A DNA stretch of 64,000 nucleotides, from the NCBI GenBank assembly GCA_009694365.1, contig SHVE01000005.1:20175-84174 (forward strand), given 5' to 3'. A program made the translations under genes and the position numbers. The DNA is from Thermoleophilia bacterium. Its GTDB lineage: Bacteria > Actinomycetota > Thermoleophilia > Miltoncostaeales > Miltoncostaeaceae. Of the stretch, positions 18,272 through 27,154 are shown in pieces; the stretch's first letter is position 1; every line of letters begins with the position of its first letter. The notes beneath the pieces were generated by a model, which saw only the letters and a list, made by a program, of their open reading frames with translations, was not told the DNA's origin and searched no databases.

Positions 18272-19300
18272 TCAGGCGAAGAAGGGCTCGGCGAGGCGGT
18301 AGTCGGCCTCGGGAACGGTCTTCAGCGACCCAACCGCATCGGCGAGGGGAACGTCGGTGACGATGTTTCCGTGGAGTGCCGCCATGCGCCCGGCGAGGCC
18401 CTCGGCCACCATCTCGGCGGCGCGCGTACCGAACCGTGTGGCCAGCACTCGGTCCCGCGCGGTGGGGGTTCCACCGCGCTGGATGTGGCCCAACACGGTC
18501 ACCCGCGTGTCGAAGCCGGTGGCCTCCCGGATGATCGCGCCGAGGCGGTCGCCCACGCCCTGCTGCGCGAGGTGCGCGTGCCCGAACTCGTCACGCTCCC
18601 CCTGTGGGCCGCCATCGCCGAGATCGACGCCTTCGCTCACCACCACGATCGAGGCGTCCTGCCCGCGATCGTGACGTCGGCGGAGCGTGTTGATGACGCC
18701 ATCGGTGTCGGGCGGGTTCTCGGGGATGAGGATGTGGTCGGCGCCGCCGGCGATTCCCGAGTGCAGGGCGATCCATCCCGCGTGGCGTCCCATGACCTCC
18801 ACCACCATCACGCGGTCGTGGGACTCCGCAGTGGTGTGCAGGCGATCGATCGCGAACGTGGCGATCTGCACCGCCGTGTCGAATCCGAACGTGAAGTCGG
18901 TGCCCGAGAGGTCGTTGTCGATCGTCTTGGGCACACCCACCACGTTGAGGCCGAACTCGGCATGGAGTCGACTGGCCGCGCCGAGGGTGTCCTCCCCGCC
19001 GATCGCCACGAGGGCGTCTAGGCCGAGGGCGGTGAATCCGGCAAGTGTCGCTCGCGTGGCCTCGGGGTCCTTGAACGGATTGGCGCGTGACGACTTGAGG
19101 ATGGTGCCGCCCACCGCGAGAATGCCGCTCACATCGATGGGCGCCAGTGTTCGGGCGTCCTGCTCCATCAGTCCCCGCCAGCCACGGAGCACGCCCACGT
19201 GCTCATGATCGAACCGTCGCGCACCCACCTTCACGACCGCCCGGATGACGGCGTTGAGCCCGGGGCAGTCACCCCCCCCGGTAAGGATTCCGACGCGCAT
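18272..19300 (-). CDS. pfkA: 6-phosphofructokinase (ATP- or PPi-dependent)
   Basis: MRVGILTGGGDCPGLNAVIR N-terminus, IGGEDTLG, PKTIDNDL and MGRHAGW motifs. Start set at the ATG at 19300. The upstream ORF extension is not PFK-like. Confidence 0.9.
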   Translation of the reverse strand: MRVGILTGGGDCPGLNAVIRAVVKVGARRFDHEHVGVLRGWRGLMEQDARTLAPIDVSGILAVGGTILKSSRANPFKDPEATRATLAGFTALGLDALVAIGGEDTLGAASRLHAEFGLNVVGVPKTIDNDLSGTDFTFGFDTAVQIATFAIDRLHTTAESHDRVMVVEVMGRHAGWIALHSGIAGGADHILIPENPPDTDGVINTLRRRHDRGQDASIVVVSEGVDLGDGGPQGERDEFGHAHLAQQGVGDRLGAIIREATGFDTRVTVLGHIQRGGTPTARDRVLATRFGTRAAEMVAEGLAGRMAALHGNIVTDVPLADAVGSLKTVPEADYRLAEPFFA

Positions 19301-19440
19301 ACCCCGACCGTACCGGTACCGGGTGGATTGCGGCAAGCCCCCGCACGGACCGTCGCTACGCTTCACCCGTCGTAACTGCCCGTCCGGAGGCCGCCCCATC
19401 CATGTTCATGCACAGGCCGACGGCCGCGTGAGGCCACACC

Positions 19441-20325
19441 GTGGCTGACCGCCATGCCCAGATGTGCGACCACCCCGGGGTCCGGGTGGCCTACGACGTG
19501 GTGGGCCATGGTCCACCGGTGGCCCTCATCCATGGCTGGGCCTGTCGCCGTTCCGATTGGGACGGGGTGGCCGGAGATCTGAGCCGTGACCACCGGCTGC
19601 TGATCCTCGACCTGCCGTGGCACGGAGCGTCACGCGCGACGCGCGACGACTGGTCCATGGCCGACCTCGGGGCGCTCGTCGCTGCCGTACTCGTGGATGA
19701 GGGAATGCAGGGGGCCACCCTCGTCGGGCACTCGATGGGCGCCGCCGTGGCGATGGAGGCGGCACGACTCGGGACCGGCTACCAGGTGGTGGCGCTCGAC
19801 GGTCTCACCTTCATGCACATGTATCCGCGCCAATCGGTGTCGGACACCGATGCGTTCCTCGCCCCGTACGAGGTCGATTTCCCGGCAGCCGTGCACGGGC
19901 TGTGCGAGCGGGCGGCGGGGCCCGATGCCGACCCGCTGTTCATCGAGGTGGTGGCGCGGGAGATGGGCACGATGGACGCAACTACGGGGGTGGCCATGTT
20001 GCGCCACCTGTTCGACTGGGACATGGACGCCGCACTCGATCACGCCGACGCAGCGGGTACCCGGATCACCGCGTTCGCTGCCAAGTCGATGCTGTCCCCG
20101 CGCGTCACCGACGCGTATGGCAATCGCATGCGCATCATTCCTGTGGCCCTCGGTGGGCACTTCTTCCCGCGTCAGCATCCGGCGGCCACCGCCGACCTGA
20201 TCCGGGGTGTGATCGCCGCATCGGTGGGAGATGCGTCCGGGTCCCGCTCTCGTCCTAGGGGGAAGGCGTGGGATGGCCCGGCGGCGGGGGATGACGTCGG
20301 CGCGGATGCTCCATCTGGCGATTGA
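19441..20325 (+). CDS. Alpha/beta-fold hydrolase
   Basis: HGW oxyanion region and GHSMGAAVA nucleophile elbow. The start is uncertain: GTG at 19441 or an internal ATG. Confidence 0.7.
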   Translation: MADRHAQMCDHPGVRVAYDVVGHGPPVALIHGWACRRSDWDGVAGDLSRDHRLLILDLPWHGASRATRDDWSMADLGALVAAVLVDEGMQGATLVGHSMGAAVAMEAARLGTGYQVVALDGLTFMHMYPRQSVSDTDAFLAPYEVDFPAAVHGLCERAAGPDADPLFIEVVAREMGTMDATTGVAMLRHLFDWDMDAALDHADAAGTRITAFAAKSMLSPRVTDAYGNRMRIIPVALGGHFFPRQHPAATADLIRGVIAASVGDASGSRSRPRGKAWDGPAAGDDVGADAPSGD

Positions 20326-20665
20326 GAGCGGTCCGCCACGGATGAAAGACCCAGTGGTGCCGGAGAGATTTACCACCGACTCCGGTTAACGACGGTACGG
20401 ATCTCGTGGGGCCGTCGGCACGACCACCACTCGCCGGGAGACGGGGTGGGGTCGGCCACCTGTCCGGTGGTCACCGCGACAACCGGTGTGGGAATGACTG
20501 CTACGGAACCGGGCACCCCGAACCTCCGGGGGCTCCCACGCGCTGACATGACTGCCAGCCCACGATGGCGCAACGAACTGCGGTCGCTGAGCCGTTGCGA
20601 CGGTGCGCCAACCCGGGCACGGGGCAGAACTCTGGCGTCAGGCGGTCACGCTGGGACAAACGAGT

Positions 20666-20687
20666 GACGCGGCCGAGCGGCCGCGTC
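20666..20687 (-). terminator. Hairpin downstream of the tRNA pair
   Basis: GACGCGGCC-GAGC-GGCCGCGTC (9-bp stem) lies immediately 3' of tRNA-Glu on the minus strand, followed by ACTCGTTTG. Confidence 0.4.
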
Positions 20688-20695
20688 GTGATGAG

Positions 20696-20768
20696 TAGCG
20701 CATACGGGATTCGAACCCGTGCTACCGCCGTGAGAGGGCGGCGTCCTAGGCCCCTAGACGAATGCGCC
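20696..20768 (-). tRNA. tRNA-Glu (anticodon CUC)
   Basis: Folded by hand as a 73-nt cloverleaf. Acceptor GGCGCAT/ATGCGCT, D stem GTCT/GGAC, anticodon stem CCGCC/GGCGG with loop CTCTCAC, T arm ACGGG-TTCGAAT-CCCGT. CCA is not encoded. Confidence 0.9.
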
Positions 20769-20811
20769 GTGACAGCCCTGAGATATGACCTTGAGACCGG
20801 TGGGATCTGGA

Positions 20812-20883
20812 CTGGGGGAGGAGGACTCGAACCCCCGCTCCTGGGACCAGAACCCAGTGTCCTACCAACTAGACGATCCCCCA
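20812..20883 (-). tRNA. tRNA-Gln (anticodon CUG)
   Basis: Folded by hand as a 72-nt cloverleaf. Acceptor TGGGGGA/TCCCCCA (U1-A72), anticodon stem CTGGG/CCCAG with loop TTCTGGT, T arm GGGGG-TTCGAGT-CCTCC. Confidence 0.9.
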
Positions 20884-21041
20884 TTGATCTTCGGCCGTGG
20901 GGAAAGGTAGCAAAGGATGAACGGCAGATGGCGGCCCACGTGTGCCCGCCCGCTCCGCTGCACGGACGCGACGATCCCCGGCGTGGCGCGTCCGCCCCGA
21001 GCTCGTCACCCGTCCGCGGAGACGACGCAGTACGTCGCCAC

Positions 21042-22859
21042 CTACGCGGTCGCGGACTCCCAATCGCGATACAGACTCGTGTAGATGCCGTCCCGACTCA
21101 TCAACTCGTCGTGGCTGCCCTGATCCGCGATGCGGCCGTCCGCCACGACCACGATGCGGTCGGCGCGCCGGATGGTGGAGAGGCGGTGGGCGATGATGAC
21201 GGCCGTGCGACCGCTGAGCAGGCGGTCGAGAGCGTCCTCAATCCGCTTCTCGGTTCCGATGTCGACGGATGAAGTGGCCTCATCCAAGATGATGAGCTGG
21301 GGGTCGGCCACCAAGGCGCGTGCGAAGCAGATCAACTGGCGCTGCCCGGACGACAGGCGAGCACCTCGCTCCTGCACGTCGGTGTGGATGCCGTCGGGCA
21401 GGCCGTCCACGAACTCGAGAGCGCCCACCGTTTCGAGCGCCCTGCGGACGTCCTCGTCGGTAGCGGCAGGGAAGGCGAAGCGCACGTTCTCGGCGATGGT
21501 TGTACTGAAGAGGTGCCCCTCCTGGGGAACGATTCCCATCTGGGCACGTAAGGACTCCTCGCGTACGCCGCGCAGGTCGATCCCGCCCACGGTAACGGTG
21601 CCCTCGTCGGGGTCGTAGAGGCGTGCGATCAACTTGGCGATCGTGCTCTTGCCCGCGCCGGTGGCCCCCACCAGCGCTACCGTCGCGCCGGGCGCGATGT
21701 GCAGGTGGACATCGCGGATGACGTAGTCACGTCCGTATCCGAACGAGACCCCGTCGAGGTCGATGGCCCCGGGAACGGCGGGCAGGTCCACGGCGTCGGC
21801 GCGGTCGGTGACGGCCGGGTCGGTTTCGAGCACCCCGAAGATCTTCTCGAGCGCCGCCATGGCCGACTGGAAGGTGTTGAAGAGCTGTGAGAGCTGCTGG
21901 ATCGGGTCGAAGAACGCCGAGAGGTACCCGATGAACGCGACCATCACTCCCACGCTCAGATCGGTGCTCAGCACCCGGTTGCCGCCGTACCAGAGGATGA
22001 GCGCGGTGCCGAGTGCGGCGAGGAGTTCCACCGCCGGGAAGTAGATGCCCGACACCGTGACGGTGGTCATGTTGGCCTCCCGGTACTCCCGGTTGGCATC
22101 GCGGAAGCGTCGGCGGACCTCATCCTGGCGCCCGTGGGCCTGAACCACGCGCACTCCCGACAGGGTTTCCTGCAAGACGGTGAGGACGACGGCTACGCGT
22201 TCGCGTGTGAGCCGGTACGCCTTCGCGGCCGTCACGCGGAACCACGCAGTACCCACCGCGAGGATCGGGAAGATGATGAGCGCGGCGATGGCCAGCTTCC
22301 AGTCATACGCGATGAGGATGCAAACGACGCCGATGAGCGACAGCCCGTTGATGACGAGCGATGTCGCCCCCTCGACCACGAGTTGGTGGACGGCCTCGAT
22401 GTCGGAAGTCAGGCGACTGACGCTGCGCCCGGTGGGTGTGCGCTCGTGGTGCCCGAGGTCGAGCCGCATCATGTGACGGAACACTTGGCGGCGCAGGTCG
22501 AGCAGAACCCGCTCGCCCACCCACGACGACAGGTAGCTCTGCCAGTAACCGGCGACGAGCCCAATGAGGCCGATGACCACGAACACCGTGACGATGACGG
22601 CGAGCGCCGTCACGCTGCCTACGGAGATACCGGAGTCGATGGCGATCTGGGCCAGCGCCGGACCGGCGAGCCCGGCGGCCGTCACCAGGAGCATGAGGAC
22701 GACCGTCAGGATCACGCGCCCGCGGTAGGGGCGGAAGTACGGCACGAGACGCCGCACGTTCCGACGTGGCCGGCGGGTGCCGCGGGGCTCGTCCTCGTCG
22801 TGGTCGAGGCGACTGATCAGGCCGCCGACATGGCCGTGTCCCACGGGTCGCGTACCCAT
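21042..22859 (-). CDS. ABC exporter, fused permease/ATPase (MdlB/MsbA-like half transporter)
   Basis: Six-TM N-terminal half. Walker A GATGAGKST, signature LSSGQRQ, Walker B LIILDEATS. ATGA overlap with the upstream partner. Confidence 0.9.
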   Translation of the reverse strand: MGTRPVGHGHVGGLISRLDHDEDEPRGTRRPRRNVRRLVPYFRPYRGRVILTVVLMLLVTAAGLAGPALAQIAIDSGISVGSVTALAVIVTVFVVIGLIGLVAGYWQSYLSSWVGERVLLDLRRQVFRHMMRLDLGHHERTPTGRSVSRLTSDIEAVHQLVVEGATSLVINGLSLIGVVCILIAYDWKLAIAALIIFPILAVGTAWFRVTAAKAYRLTRERVAVVLTVLQETLSGVRVVQAHGRQDEVRRRFRDANREYREANMTTVTVSGIYFPAVELLAALGTALILWYGGNRVLSTDLSVGVMVAFIGYLSAFFDPIQQLSQLFNTFQSAMAALEKIFGVLETDPAVTDRADAVDLPAVPGAIDLDGVSFGYGRDYVIRDVHLHIAPGATVALVGATGAGKSTIAKLIARLYDPDEGTVTVGGIDLRGVREESLRAQMGIVPQEGHLFSTTIAENVRFAFPAATDEDVRRALETVGALEFVDGLPDGIHTDVQERGARLSSGQRQLICFARALVADPQLIILDEATSSVDIGTEKRIEDALDRLLSGRTAVIIAHRLSTIRRADRIVVVADGRIADQGSHDELMSRDGIYTSLYRDWESATA

Positions 22860-24670
22860 CAGGCGTCGCGTCCCACGCGTTTGTCGGGGCGCGCGAGCCC
22901 CTGGTCGTGGATCTCTCGGTAGAGCATGCTCGTGGCGTAGAGGTCGTCGTGCGACCCGCGCGCGGCCACCCGTCCGTCGTCGATCAGGACGATCTCGTCG
23001 GCCAGCCGGATGGTGGACAGACGGTGGGCGATGATGATGGTGGTCCGCCCGGCCATCACCGTGGCAAGCGCGGTGGAGATCGCCCGCTCGGTGGAGGCGT
23101 CCACCGAGGCCGTGGCCTCGTCAAGCACCAAGATGCGCGGATCCTGCACGATGGCCCGAGCGATAGCGATACGTTGGCGCTGGCCACCGGACAGCGTGAC
23201 GCCGCGCTCGCCCACCACGGTGTCGTACCCCTCAGGAAGGGCGCGAACGAAGGCGTCGGCCTGCGCGAGGCGCGCGGCGCTTTCCACCTGCGCATCCGTG
23301 GCGTCGGGACGGCCGAAGGCCACGTTGGCGCGGACGGTGTCGGAAAACAGAAACGGTTCTTGGCCCACCATGCCGACGATCCGGCGAGCATCCTCTAGGC
23401 GCAGGTCGCGCAGGTTGGCGCCATCCACGTACACGGCACCCTGCTGGGGGTCGTAGAAGCGGGGGATGAGCTGCGTGATGGTGCTCTTGCCCGACCCCGT
23501 GGGGCCGATGAGGGCGACGATGCGCCCGGCGGGGATGTCCAGATCGATGTCGTGCAGCACCGGTCGATCGGGGTCGTACCCGAAGGTGATGCCCGAGAGC
23601 ACCACGTGGCCGCCACCGTCGGGCATGGGGATGGGGTGCTCGGCCTCTACGATCTCGGGCTCCGTATCGAGGATCTCGAACACTCGCTGGCCGCTCGCTG
23701 CCGCGCGCTGTGCGTTGCCGATGAGCATGCCGATGGACCGGAAGGGCCAGGTGAGGATGGCAAGGTAGAGGTAGAACTGCACGAATGCGCCCAGGGTCAG
23801 GGTTCCGTTGATGGTGAATGTGCCGCCCACGAGAATGACCACGGCCACGCCGAGCACGGGCAGGAAGCCCATGAGTGACTGGTAGAAGCTCTGCAGGCGC
23901 GCCGCGTCCATGCTGCGGGCGAACGCGGTGTGGGCGCGCACTGCGAACCGGTCGCTCTGTGCCACCTCTTGACCGAAGGCCTTGACCACCCGGATCCCGG
24001 CGATGCTCTCCTCCGCCGTCTGGGTGACATCACCCACCTTCTGTTGCACGTCCACCAGCACGGGGTGTGAGCGCGTACTCGACCGCACGGCCACCAGCAC
24101 TAGTGCGGGGCCCATGAGCAGGGCCAGCAGGGTGAGCGGCACGTTGATGAACAGCAGGACGACCGTGACGAAGACGAGCGTGAACGCGTGCATGAACAGA
24201 AATATGAGTCCGTACCCCAAGAAGAAGCGCACCGTCTGCAGGTCGCTGGTCGCCCGCGACATGAGTTGGCCCACCGGCATGCGGTCGAAATACCCGAACG
24301 AGAGCCGCTGGAGGTGCGCGAAGACCCGGTCACGCAGGTCGAACTCCACTGCCAGGCTCACGCTTCCCGCCATGAGACGGCGCATCACGGCGAAGAGCGC
24401 CCGGATGACGCCCACTACCACCACCGTGATGACCAATGGGAGGAGGGCGTCCTCCTGCTGGCCGGCGAGCACGTCGTCAATGACCCGACGAGTCAGATAT
24501 GGCAGGGTGATCGTGCAGGCCATCAGCCCGAGCGCCGCGAGGGCGGTGATCGTGACCGACCACGTGTAGGGCCGGAGAAAGGTGAGGAGCCTGACGAGCG
24601 TGCGCAGTAGCGGGTCCGATCGTGGTGGTGGCGAGGAGCGCCCTGGGGAGTGGCGCCGCACCCCCCTCAT
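22859..24670 (-). CDS. ABC exporter, fused permease/ATPase (partner half transporter)
   Basis: Walker A GPTGSGKST, signature LSGGQRQ, Walker B ILVLDEATA. Start chosen at the ATG at 24670 (MRGVRRH...). The ORF extension to 24850 is not protein-like. Confidence 0.85.
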   Translation of the reverse strand: MRGVRRHSPGRSSPPPRSDPLLRTLVRLLTFLRPYTWSVTITALAALGLMACTITLPYLTRRVIDDVLAGQQEDALLPLVITVVVVGVIRALFAVMRRLMAGSVSLAVEFDLRDRVFAHLQRLSFGYFDRMPVGQLMSRATSDLQTVRFFLGYGLIFLFMHAFTLVFVTVVLLFINVPLTLLALLMGPALVLVAVRSSTRSHPVLVDVQQKVGDVTQTAEESIAGIRVVKAFGQEVAQSDRFAVRAHTAFARSMDAARLQSFYQSLMGFLPVLGVAVVILVGGTFTINGTLTLGAFVQFYLYLAILTWPFRSIGMLIGNAQRAAASGQRVFEILDTEPEIVEAEHPIPMPDGGGHVVLSGITFGYDPDRPVLHDIDLDIPAGRIVALIGPTGSGKSTITQLIPRFYDPQQGAVYVDGANLRDLRLEDARRIVGMVGQEPFLFSDTVRANVAFGRPDATDAQVESAARLAQADAFVRALPEGYDTVVGERGVTLSGGQRQRIAIARAIVQDPRILVLDEATASVDASTERAISTALATVMAGRTTIIIAHRLSTIRLADEIVLIDDGRVAARGSHDDLYATSMLYREIHDQGLARPDKRVGRDA

Positions 24671-25550
24671 CGCAGTGCCCAACTGTAGCGAGGGTCGCGA
24701 CGCCCACCGCATCGGTCGGCTCGTGGCCTCCACTCGGGTTCCGGGTGTGCGCGTGATCGGCACGCAGTCCGACGCCGACCACCACCGTACGGTCATCACG
24801 CTGGCCGGCCCGGCCGGTGCATTGGTGGACGCCGCAGTGGGCCTCGCCACGTGCGCGCGCGACGAGATCGACCTGCGCGGGCATGACGGCGTCCATCCGT
24901 GTGTCGGCGCCCTCGACGTGCTGCCGTTCGTCGCGCTGCGTGACGAACAGATGCCGAGTGCGGTGGCCGCCGCACGTGAGGCGGCCCGGCGTATCGGCGA
25001 CGAGGTGGGTGTGCCCTGCCTTCTCTACGGCCGCGCGGCGGGTGCGGGCCGCGAACGACCGGCACTCCTGCGTGCCGGCGGTCGGGACCGGCTCACCGAT
25101 GCGATGTCGCGCGGGGAGGTCGTGGCCGACGCGGGTCCCTCCGCCCCCCATGTATCGGCCGGCGCCACTCTGGTCGGTGCCCGTGGCCCGCTCATCGCGT
25201 GGAACATCTGGCTGCCGGGGGCATCGTTGGACGACGCCCGCGCCATCGCCACCGCCGTGCGTGAGGGGACGGACGGCACCGGCCTCACGGGCGTTCGGGC
25301 GCTCGGACTCATGTGCACACGCCGCGGCCTTGCGCAGGTCTCCATGAACGTGGAGGATTACCGACGTACACCGCTGCGCGCGGTGGTCGAACGGGTGCGG
25401 CACGAAGCCGCGTCGCGGGGCGTCCGATCAGGGGCCTCGGAACTCGTGGGGCTCATCCCCCGCGACGCCCTACGTGGGGTGTCCCCGGCTACGCTGGGTC
25501 TCCCTGCGTTCCATCCCGCGCAGGTCATCGAGACATTTACGGAGGACTGA
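24582..25550 (+). CDS. Glutamate formimidoyltransferase-like protein (FtcD N-terminal domain family)
   Basis: VPNCSEGRD motif (VPNFSEGR in characterised members), HHRTVITL, and the family's two-subdomain length. The start is ambiguous: GTG at 24582, 24600 or 24675. Confidence 0.75.
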   Translation: MRSLTSVRSSGSDRGGGEERPGEWRRTPLIAVPNCSEGRDAHRIGRLVASTRVPGVRVIGTQSDADHHRTVITLAGPAGALVDAAVGLATCARDEIDLRGHDGVHPCVGALDVLPFVALRDEQMPSAVAAAREAARRIGDEVGVPCLLYGRAAGAGRERPALLRAGGRDRLTDAMSRGEVVADAGPSAPHVSAGATLVGARGPLIAWNIWLPGASLDDARAIATAVREGTDGTGLTGVRALGLMCTRRGLAQVSMNVEDYRRTPLRAVVERVRHEAASRGVRSGASELVGLIPRDALRGVSPATLGLPAFHPAQVIETFTED

Positions 25551-25598
25551 CCGATCGCTCCCAAGCGCCGCCGCAGGCCCACCGCCGGACCCCCGCCG

Positions 25599-25907
25599 GT
25601 GAAGAATCCACGGTATGAGGCCAAGGTTGAGGCCACTGCCGCGGGTGTTCCGTCCACCGGACGCACGGATGGTCTGCCGAAGGGCGCACCGACCCGGGCG
25701 GGCATGAAGAGCGTTCTCGTCCGCGCCGGGGTGGCCGCGGCCATCTTCTTCGTGTTCCTCTACTTCGTGAACAAGGACACCCCGCAGATGTCTCTGACGT
25801 TCGCGGTCATCATGGGCGTGATCATGATCCCGCTCGGGATATTCCTCGATCGTCTGGCGCATCGCATGGCGGTTCGCCGCTGGAAGCGCCGGAACGGAGT
25901 GGGGTAG
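25599..25907 (+). CDS. Small membrane protein (two predicted TM helices)
   Basis: Hydrophobic segments AGVAAAIFFVFLYFV and FAVIMGVIMIPLGIFL. Lies directly upstream of hisS. Confidence 0.5.
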   Translation: MKNPRYEAKVEATAAGVPSTGRTDGLPKGAPTRAGMKSVLVRAGVAAAIFFVFLYFVNKDTPQMSLTFAVIMGVIMIPLGIFLDRLAHRMAVRRWKRRNGVG

Positions 25908-25909
25908 AC

Positions 25910-27154
25910 ATGCCCCCCAAGGGCACGCGGGATGTGCTGCCGGCCGAGAGCCGGGTTCGTGCTCTCATCGAGGGCGTGGCCGCAGACCTCATGCCCGGTC
26001 ACGGCTTCGGGCGCATCACCACGCCCACCTTCGAGGAGACCGACGTCTTCGTGCACGGTGTGGGCACGGCGACCGACATCGTCCGCAAGGAGATGTACAC
26101 GTTCACCGATCGTGGTGGCCGCAGCCTGACGCTTCGCCCCGAGGGCACCGCACCGGTGGCCCGCGCGTACGTAGATCACGGCATGCACAAGCTGCCCCAG
26201 CCGGTCAAACTCTGGTACCTGGCGCCGATGTTCCGTTACGAGGCGCCCCAGTCCGGTCGCTTCCGCGAGCACTGGCAAGTGGGCGCCGAGGCGTTTGGGA
26301 GTGACGACCCCCTTCTCGACGCCGAGATGATCGCGCTGTTGTCCGAGATGTACCTCCGCCTCGGCGTGCCCGGGGTCCGGCTGCGCATCGCGAGTATGGG
26401 CGACCCGGAGGGCCGGGAACCGTACCGGGAGAGGCTGCTGGCCCACCTCGCGCCCTTCGCCGACTCATTGCCCGCAGATGTCCGCGAGCGCATGGATCAA
26501 AACCCGTTACGCCTGTTCGACATGAAGGACGCCGCGGTGCGCGCCGCCGTCATCGATGCGCCGCGGCTGCTCGACAACCTCACGAGCGCGGCCCGCGAGC
26601 ACCACGAGCGCGTGTTGGAGGCGCTGCGCCTTATGGGGATCGCCTACGAGGAGGACTCCTCGCTGGTGCGCGGGCTCGACTACTACACGCGCACGGTGTT
26701 CGAGTTCACGTGCGATTCCCTCGGCGCCCAAGACGGCATCGGTGGCGGCGGGCGCTACGACGGGCTGGTCGAGACCCTCGGGGGTCCCGCCGTGCCCGGC
26801 GTGGGTTTCGGTACCGGGGTGGAGCGCATCACACTCGCCCTCGGCGCGGAGGCCATCACGCAACCGGTCGTGGATGTGTACCTCGCTATCCCCGATGCCG
26901 ACATCCGACTCGCGCGGATGCCGCTGCTACGCGATCTGCGCCGGTCCGGTGCTCGTGTGGAGGCCGGCCCGTCGGGCAAAGGACTCACGGCCATGATGCG
27001 GCATGCCGGTGGTCTGGGAGCACGCGTGGTCATCATCATCGGTCCGCGCGAAGAGGCGACGGGGGTTGCGACGGTGCGGGACATGCAGACCGGAGACCAG
27101 TCGGAGGTGGCGGTGGCGGATCTCGTCGCGCGCGTTACGGGGGACCTCACGTGA
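25910..27154 (+). CDS. hisS: Histidine--tRNA ligase
   Basis: KGTRDVLP N-terminus, class II motifs (MFRYEAPQSGRFREHWQ, GGGGRYDGL) and a C-terminal anticodon-binding domain. Confidence 0.92.
   Translation: MPPKGTRDVLPAESRVRALIEGVAADLMPGHGFGRITTPTFEETDVFVHGVGTATDIVRKEMYTFTDRGGRSLTLRPEGTAPVARAYVDHGMHKLPQPVKLWYLAPMFRYEAPQSGRFREHWQVGAEAFGSDDPLLDAEMIALLSEMYLRLGVPGVRLRIASMGDPEGREPYRERLLAHLAPFADSLPADVRERMDQNPLRLFDMKDAAVRAAVIDAPRLLDNLTSAAREHHERVLEALRLMGIAYEEDSSLVRGLDYYTRTVFEFTCDSLGAQDGIGGGGRYDGLVETLGGPAVPGVGFGTGVERITLALGAEAITQPVVDVYLAIPDADIRLARMPLLRDLRRSGARVEAGPSGKGLTAMMRHAGGLGARVVIIIGPREEATGVATVRDMQTGDQSEVAVADLVARVTGDLT

Noticed and set aside
12889-20883. The region from the thiolase to the tRNA pair might be an integrated element. 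It contains topoisomerase III, gene relics and a repeat lipoprotein next to tRNA genes.
   Set aside because: There is no integrase, relaxase, transposase or direct repeat of a tRNA 3' end. GC content is not visibly different. The region also contains housekeeping pfkA. It is kept only as a weak comment within the decayed-patch finding.
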